From the human T2T-CHM13v2.0 reference genome, Homo sapiens: a stretch of 64,000 nucleotides of DNA. The stretch lies in the NCBI RefSeq assembly GCF_009914755.1, contig NC_060937.1. One strand, written 5' to 3'. Shown here in pieces: positions 57,431 through 64,000 of this stretch (positions are counted from its first letter, which is position 1; each line of letters begins with the position of its first letter). The notes beneath the pieces were generated by a model. That model was given only the letters and a program-made list of their open reading frames with translations, was not told the origin of the DNA and did not search any database. Position numbers and translations under genes: made by a program.

Positions 57431-58239
57431 GAGTTTTATATTTCACTGATAGTTTTCAGCTTTAGAATGTAATTTGATTATTTTTTATATTTTCTGGTTC
57501 TAACTCTTGTCAGAACTTCTTGTTAATTTATTGAACATATCTAGCTGTGTCTTACAGCTACAGTATCTGGATTGTTTTTGTTGTCGCTGCTCTGTTTCTG
57601 TTTCTTTTTCTCTCTTTTTTTTCTCTTTAGCCTTGCTTTTTTGTATACCTATTTATTCTTTATTGAACTCTTCAGATATTTTTCATGAAAAATGGCAGAG
57701 ATAATTTGTGGCTCTGGATTATGCTATCCCCTCCAGAGAGGATTTACTTTGTTTCTGGCAGGCATTTAGGCAAGGAAGTTGATGACCTTAATCCAATCAA
57801 GCTTGACTTAAGTGTGAGGTGTGGTCTGTTGCTGGTTCACCCACGCATTTTAGGCCTCCAATCCTGAAAGCCCAGGGTGCTTACCAGGGCCCCTTCTTCT
57901 TAGTGATTTCCAAGTTTTGACTGTTAAATCTGGAGCTGTTAAAAGCCCTTCTCTGTTTCTCAGACTCTTAGCTGCCACCTTGACTTTGAACATCAGTAAC
58001 AGCTGTAAGTATCAACGTGACTCTGAATTGTGGGTTTACATTTTTTTGGTTTTCTCCTCTTCCATATCTTTGCCTCACAAGTCTTACTTTCTTGATAGGT
58101 CTCATGTCTTTAAAAATATTTTTAAAATATATATTATCCTGCTTCTCTGGTTATTCTCAGCCAGAAGGCTTCTTTGAAACTATCTAGTTGGCCGATGCTG
58201 GAAACAGAAGTCTACCCACGAATTTGTTAAGAATCATTT

Positions 58240-58815
58240 CTTTCAAGGATATGGTAAAGCAAGCATTCTTACACATGGCTGATTAGAGTATAATCTAGTT
58301 CACCTCTCTAAAAAGCAGTGTTTCAGTTAGCCCATGGCCTTAAACACATTATACCCTTTGACTCAGCCATTCTAATTCTGTGAGCAAATCAGAAATAAAT
58401 TATTAGAGAGGCAGAAAATATATTTACATACAAGGATATTCACTAAAACTCTTAATAGAGAAAACTGGATGTCAACTAAATATTCAATGATAAGGATGAT
58501 AATTATGGTACATCTATGAGATAGAATAGTCTGTGGTGATTCAAAATCATGTATTGAAAAATATTTATTGATATAGAAGAATAAGATATAAAGAGGAAAA
58601 TGATACATACTTTTCATGTAGCATGATTCCAATTTTTAAAAAAGTTACATGTTTAGGGAAAATGCTGGAAAGATACAAACCAATTTTTAATGAACTTAAT
58701 GTTAGATGGTGAGATTAAGGGTTTTTAAACATTTTCTTCTTTATATATTTTTGTATTTTCAAAGGTTTTTAATATTGAGTGTGTACTATTTTTATAATGA
58801 AGAAAAAGTCACAAA
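58240..58815 (+). mobile_element. L1ME-like 3' fragment
   Basis: ccctttgactcagccattctaattctg...ataattatggtacatctatga... Confidence 0.55.
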
Positions 58816-59232
58816 AAAACCCTAAACTCACTTTTAATCTGGCAGATTATATTCCATTCTTTTAATACAGACTTTAGCAAGCTAGAAATTCTTTACATTT
58901 TTAAAGTCTTAGAAATTAAGACAAAGACACTTGCAGAAAACCACATGGGATGTTGCTGGAGAGATGACAGTGAGCATCTTCATCATGCTCCAGGGAGCAG
59001 TTGGCTGCATGACTCTAGTTGTTGTTTCAATAGTTGACAGAGGTTTCAGCCTTTGTAGACTTGGTGGTCTTCAGACTCTTACTGATTGAAAAAATACTTC
59101 TCTACAAAAGTACAACAGATTTTGGAGTCTTTTTCATTGTGAAAGTCATATATCCAACCAGATTTTATTAGCTACAGTTTTTGTTTTCAAAACCTCTGGG
59201 TGTTATTAGGGAAATTCTCTTCTTGAAATTCA

Positions 59233-59597
<365 letters not shown>

Positions 59598-61479
59598 TTA
59601 CAGAACAGGTCATTTATGAAGGGATCTTATCTTGGAAGAGGGAGGGTAAGAAGAGACAGTTTGGTTATTTGACTGATTACATAGCAACTCCATATGGGAT
59701 GTTTTATTTCACATTCTTGAGTTAATCCTTAACTAATTTCTCATATCTGACCTCTGTTTTCTTTGAAATGTTGGTGAACATGTCAAACATTCTTCCCACC
59801 CACCTCGACACTTTACTTTCTTCCCCAGCTTGGTTTCAGATAACTGGCAACCTTATGATGTTTATTGCTTCAGATATGGACAGTTTAGGAACTATCCAAA
59901 GTTTCTCATTGCTCATCTGTAATAATACTTTTCATGATGGCACTAGAATCCTAAATTCTGGTCTGATTCAGGAAGATGGTCTATTTTCATATTTAAATTG
60001 GCCTGAAAAAAGTAAGGCCTTGTTGATACAGGTAGGGGTCCACTACCCTGAAATGTTGCTCAAAAGCACATTTCAATTTTATTCAAAAGCTGCTTTGATG
60101 TGTATTCCCCCAAAGCACCTTAGCTGAAAATCAAATTTTATTTTAGAGCTTTGTACAGACCAATGTCTCTTTCTAGCTTCCTGTACACCAATAAAATTGT
60201 GTATTTCAATTTAACCTCAATCTGCCTGTGTTTAAAATATAAAGCTAAGGTTAAGGGCTTTCACTGCTAGCAACCCTACCTGGACATCTCTATTTCTAGA
60301 TAAAACCTTTTACTGAGAACATTTTATTAGTCCTGCAGCTCAACGCTGCCATATATGCCAGCCTGTCCTATTAATCCTTAGCTACAAAAATATCAGAATC
60401 ATTTATGAGCTAAAGTTTTTTTTTTTTTTTTAGCTTTTTAATTTTCTGAGCCTTTGTGGTATTATTTGGGTCAGTTTGGTTGCTGGGGCTCCACCTCTTC
60501 CCACCTGCCCCCAACCCAGTGTCTCTGAGTTGGGGAGAAGAGTCTCAGGACCATGGGGACCAAGAGGCTTTAGGGCTGACCACCTACTGTAACTGGCTGT
60601 CTCATGCTGGCCCCTTGGCCTGATTTGGGATGCGAGATGCCCCATCACTTTCCTTTTGTGTTGTTCCTCAAGTCCTGGAATCCCACAGTAGCTCACCTTG
60701 TTTTTACCACCCTTTTCTCTTCTTTGGGGCCTACTGCACTATTTCCAAATTTTATAGTGTGTTTAGTGGGAAGAGCTGGGAGAAATGGCTCTGCACCATT
60801 TTGTATAGACTAGCTCTTTTTAGCTATATAAAAGGTTTCTTCTATTCAGACTTCTCCTCTTGTTCATAAAATGACACTCTACCTTCAGAGACCACATGTG
60901 ATTTTAATGCCAGGATTCCAAGGCTTGTTCTCTGTCATATACAAAAACAATGATTAGGTTGAAGTGGTACAGAACCTTGAAATACTCTCTGGACCAGTTC
61001 TCCAGCTGAGACTCAGGATCACCTAGGACCCAGTTCCAGACATCATACTCATACTTCAATGTCATACTCAAATGAGCTTGGCAGAAATGCATAAATGTGT
61101 TAGAATTAGGGCCTGAGGAACCACTGTCATGCTTCTTTCTGCCCTTTCATGGTTAACAAAAACAGACTGACTGCTGAGCCAGGGATCTTTGTTTCTTGGA
61201 AGATTTTGCCTCACCTAACAGAAGCTTAGGTGGGTTCTTGCCTCCTAACAGAAGCTTGGCTGTGTCCACATTTTTATTCATCAAAGCAGGGGTCTCCAGT
61301 GAAGTGTGGACGTCACCAATGGGCTTTAGGAATGTTTGGTGGCTCCTGGAGAACTGGTAGAACAGACTGGAAACCTGAGTGTCTCCTGGAAAACAACTTC
61401 AGCCACATCCACTGCTGGAGTTCAGACAGAGGCATATGCTGTTCTTGACTCTTCTCTTTCATTTACCTTCCATATGTAA

Positions 61480-62200
61480 GACATCCACAAATCTGTTACC
61501 ACCATCTTCCAATATATCCAGAATCCAATAACTTCTCATCAGCTCCCTTACTACCTCCCTGACAAGCCACCATCCACTCTCAGTGGACTACTGCACTAGC
61601 CCACTAGCTCATCTTTCCTCCCCTGTATCTCCCCTACCCCAGAAATGCAAGTCAGATGATGAAACTCATCTGTTTAAATCCATCCAATGTTTTCCATCTC
61701 ATTCAGGGTCAAATGCAAAGTTCTTCAGTGGCCTATAGTGCCTGGCATGATCTAGCCCTGATACTTTACTAGTTTCATTTGCTTCTTCTCTCCTCCTTGC
61801 TCATTTCTCTCCAGCAATGTCAGTCCTTAAACGTACCAAGCACTCCCCCACTTCAGCACCCTTATCCTTGAATCCCCCAACCGCAATGTTCTTCCCCCAC
61901 ACATCTGCATGGCTCACTCTTCACCTGCTCAGATAGCAACCCTGTCAGGTTTTGCAGACCACTCTGTAAAATTTGTTCTCTACTCTTGGGTTGCTCTTAA
62001 TCCCCTTATCCTGCTCTATTTTTCTTCATGGCACTTGGCATCACCCAACATAGATATGTATCTGTTTGCCTCTTTGCCCCTTATGGAAATGAGAGATAGG
62101 ACTTTAATGCATTCCTTCTGTGTATCCAGAACCTAGAACAGAGCTTGGCATGTGATGGGCTTCCACTGTTTAATGAATAAATGAAGGAGTAAATGAATCA
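61480..62200 (+). mobile_element. L2 3' fragment
   Basis: aatatatccagaatcc...gtcagatgatgaaactc...cctagaacagagcttggca...tgaataaatgaa. Confidence 0.75.
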
Positions 62201-62485
62201 AGATAACCTCGTACATCTCTTCAAGGTGGAACTGGAAAGCCTCCCAGAGGAACTCGTCAGAAAGAAATAAGGCCTACAAGAGTTTTAACCAGTAACCGAG
62301 AAAGGTAATTCTGAAAACAGTATAATGACTGTCTTTAGGCCCAATGCCCACTGGACACATGTCTGGTCTTTGGAAAACAATAAGGTTGTAAATAAGATCA
62401 GAAAGATTCATTTACCTGAACTATAAAATATGAGTGCGGAAACGACACTGCTGTGGGAGTGTTGTTCTTCCCCTTTTGCCAGGCA

Positions 62486-63050
62486 TTAGTTTTCTATCCT
62501 GTGTAACACAATACCAGACATCATCATTATGTCACAGTTCTGTAGGTCAGAAGTCCAGGCAGCCTTGGCCGTGTTCTCTGCTTAGGGTCTCATGCAGCTG
62601 ATGTTAGGGTCTTGGTTGAGCTGGACTCTTATCTGGAGGTTCTGGGGAAAAATCTGCTATCGAGCTCATTCAGGTTGTGGCAGAATTAAGTTCCTTGCAG
62701 TTGCAGGGCTGAGGGTCCCATGTTTTTTCTGGCTGTCATCTGGGAGCCACTTTCTGCTTCTAGAGGCACCTGCATTTCTCCCTACGTTGCCCATCCATCT
62801 TCAAGCAAGCAACAGCACCTCAAATCCTTCTTGTGCTTTGAATCTCTCTGCCTTCTCTCTCTACCATTAGCTGGCAAAAACTCTGCTTTTAAAGAGTTCC
62901 TTAGGTTTATGTTGGACCCACCCGGATAATCTTTCTTTTGCAAATAAGGTAGCATAATCACAGAAGTGATAGCTCATCATATTTACAGATTCCACTTACA
63001 CTCAGAAGGACCCACACTGTGAGTCATTCTTAGAAGTCCACCACACATCA
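62486..63050 (-). mobile_element. MLT1 (D/E-like) MaLR LTR
   Basis: tcacagttctgtaggtcagaagtcc...ggcagaattaagttccttgcagttgcagggctgagg... Confidence 0.75.
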
Positions 63051-64000
63051 CGATCCAGCTAGGCACTAAGAGGGTTCCTGGGATCAGAGTGATACCTGAT
63101 GGAGGAGCAGTGGTCCCCACTGTACCTGCAAGACCATTAGTGGGGGACTGTTTTGCCATGGGGCATATTGAAGAGAAATGGGCTACTTCTGGGAGTGGCA
63201 GCAAGATCCTTTAAGCCTGATAGGCTAGAGGCACTTGCAGGAATAGACCTGTTTATGCGCCTATGATGATGACTTTATAGAGACCTATAGAAAGACTTGC
63301 AAAGAATTTCCAAAGGTTAAGTGATCCTGCAAGGCCACAGATGAATCAAATGTGAGTTATTACTGTTCGAGTGACCATGTTTGTGTGCATACAGTAGTGA
63401 GGACTGGAAAAATGTTCCCCAGGTCAGAGCAGATGTTAGTGACTTAATCTAATGAAGTCCTGAAGATCTGAAGGACCAATGACCCTTCTATGTCCTTGTC
63501 CTTTCAATTTCAAGATTCTAAACCTGGTAAATAGCTAAGCCAGTATTCAACCACAGGTTGTCAAGCTCAAAAGCCCATGAATTTTCTCAAGAACTCTGCC
63601 AGGGATGGGAAATGGGTGGCATGCTTACCATGACGCAGCACTCCTGTGCCCTATCACTGACCACTCACCACCTTCCTGCAGCCTAGGAATCATCACGACT
63701 GCTGTCGACTACCACTGGCAATTAAATCAGAGTTGAAATCCAGGGCAGAACTTAACTCCCATCCCTGGAGACCACACTGTATCTCAAATTCCAGCAATGC
63801 CAGAACCAGAAAGATTTCCGCCAATTTCTTACTCAGCTGCAAAATCATATATTGTAAATGTTAGAGGAATACCTTGACTCTCTCTATTGTGTACCTTTAG
63901 TTGAATCTGACTAGGGGAAGGGAAGTTAAAATAACTGAAATCTTTTATACATTTTTGGACTATTAAACTTATAATTCTGGGATTTTCCTCTCCTAGCTTT

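Noticed and set aside
61206-61257. Short tandem duplication ttgcctc(ac)ctaacagaagctt; similar micro-duplications at ~28390 and ~48198
   Set aside because: Ordinary slippage-scale duplications with no further structure.

Overview
Primate (almost certainly human) non-coding genomic DNA, dense in interspersed repeats (Alu, L1PA/L1M, L2, L3/CR1, MIR, MaLR/ERV LTRs, hAT and mariner remnants). No intact protein-coding gene is supported; the long ORFs are L1 ORF2 fragments and the short ones are Alu/repeat or random frames. The only host-gene-derived sequence I recognise is a disabled processed pseudogene of MOCS3 (minus strand, ~50.7-53.65 kb) split by an antisense LTR12F-like solo LTR with seven CCAAT boxes. 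The most unusual structures are: a ~150 bp, ~98% identical inverted copy of apparently unique sequence (23399-23546 vs 25225-25376) with junctions suggesting a microhomology-templated insertion into an L2; a twin-primed (5'-inverted) L1PA2-like element with a 16-bp TSD; two tandem Alus sharing a triplicated TSD; a MER41B-like LTR retaining both GAS (STAT1) sites; a four-layer nested transposon stack; and a repeat-poor CpG patch plus PBX/MEIS-motif block at 1.0-2.7 kb. I found no convincing evidence of a wholly new biological system; regulatory interpretations are hypotheses. Repeat family names come from recalled consensus sequences, not from a database search.
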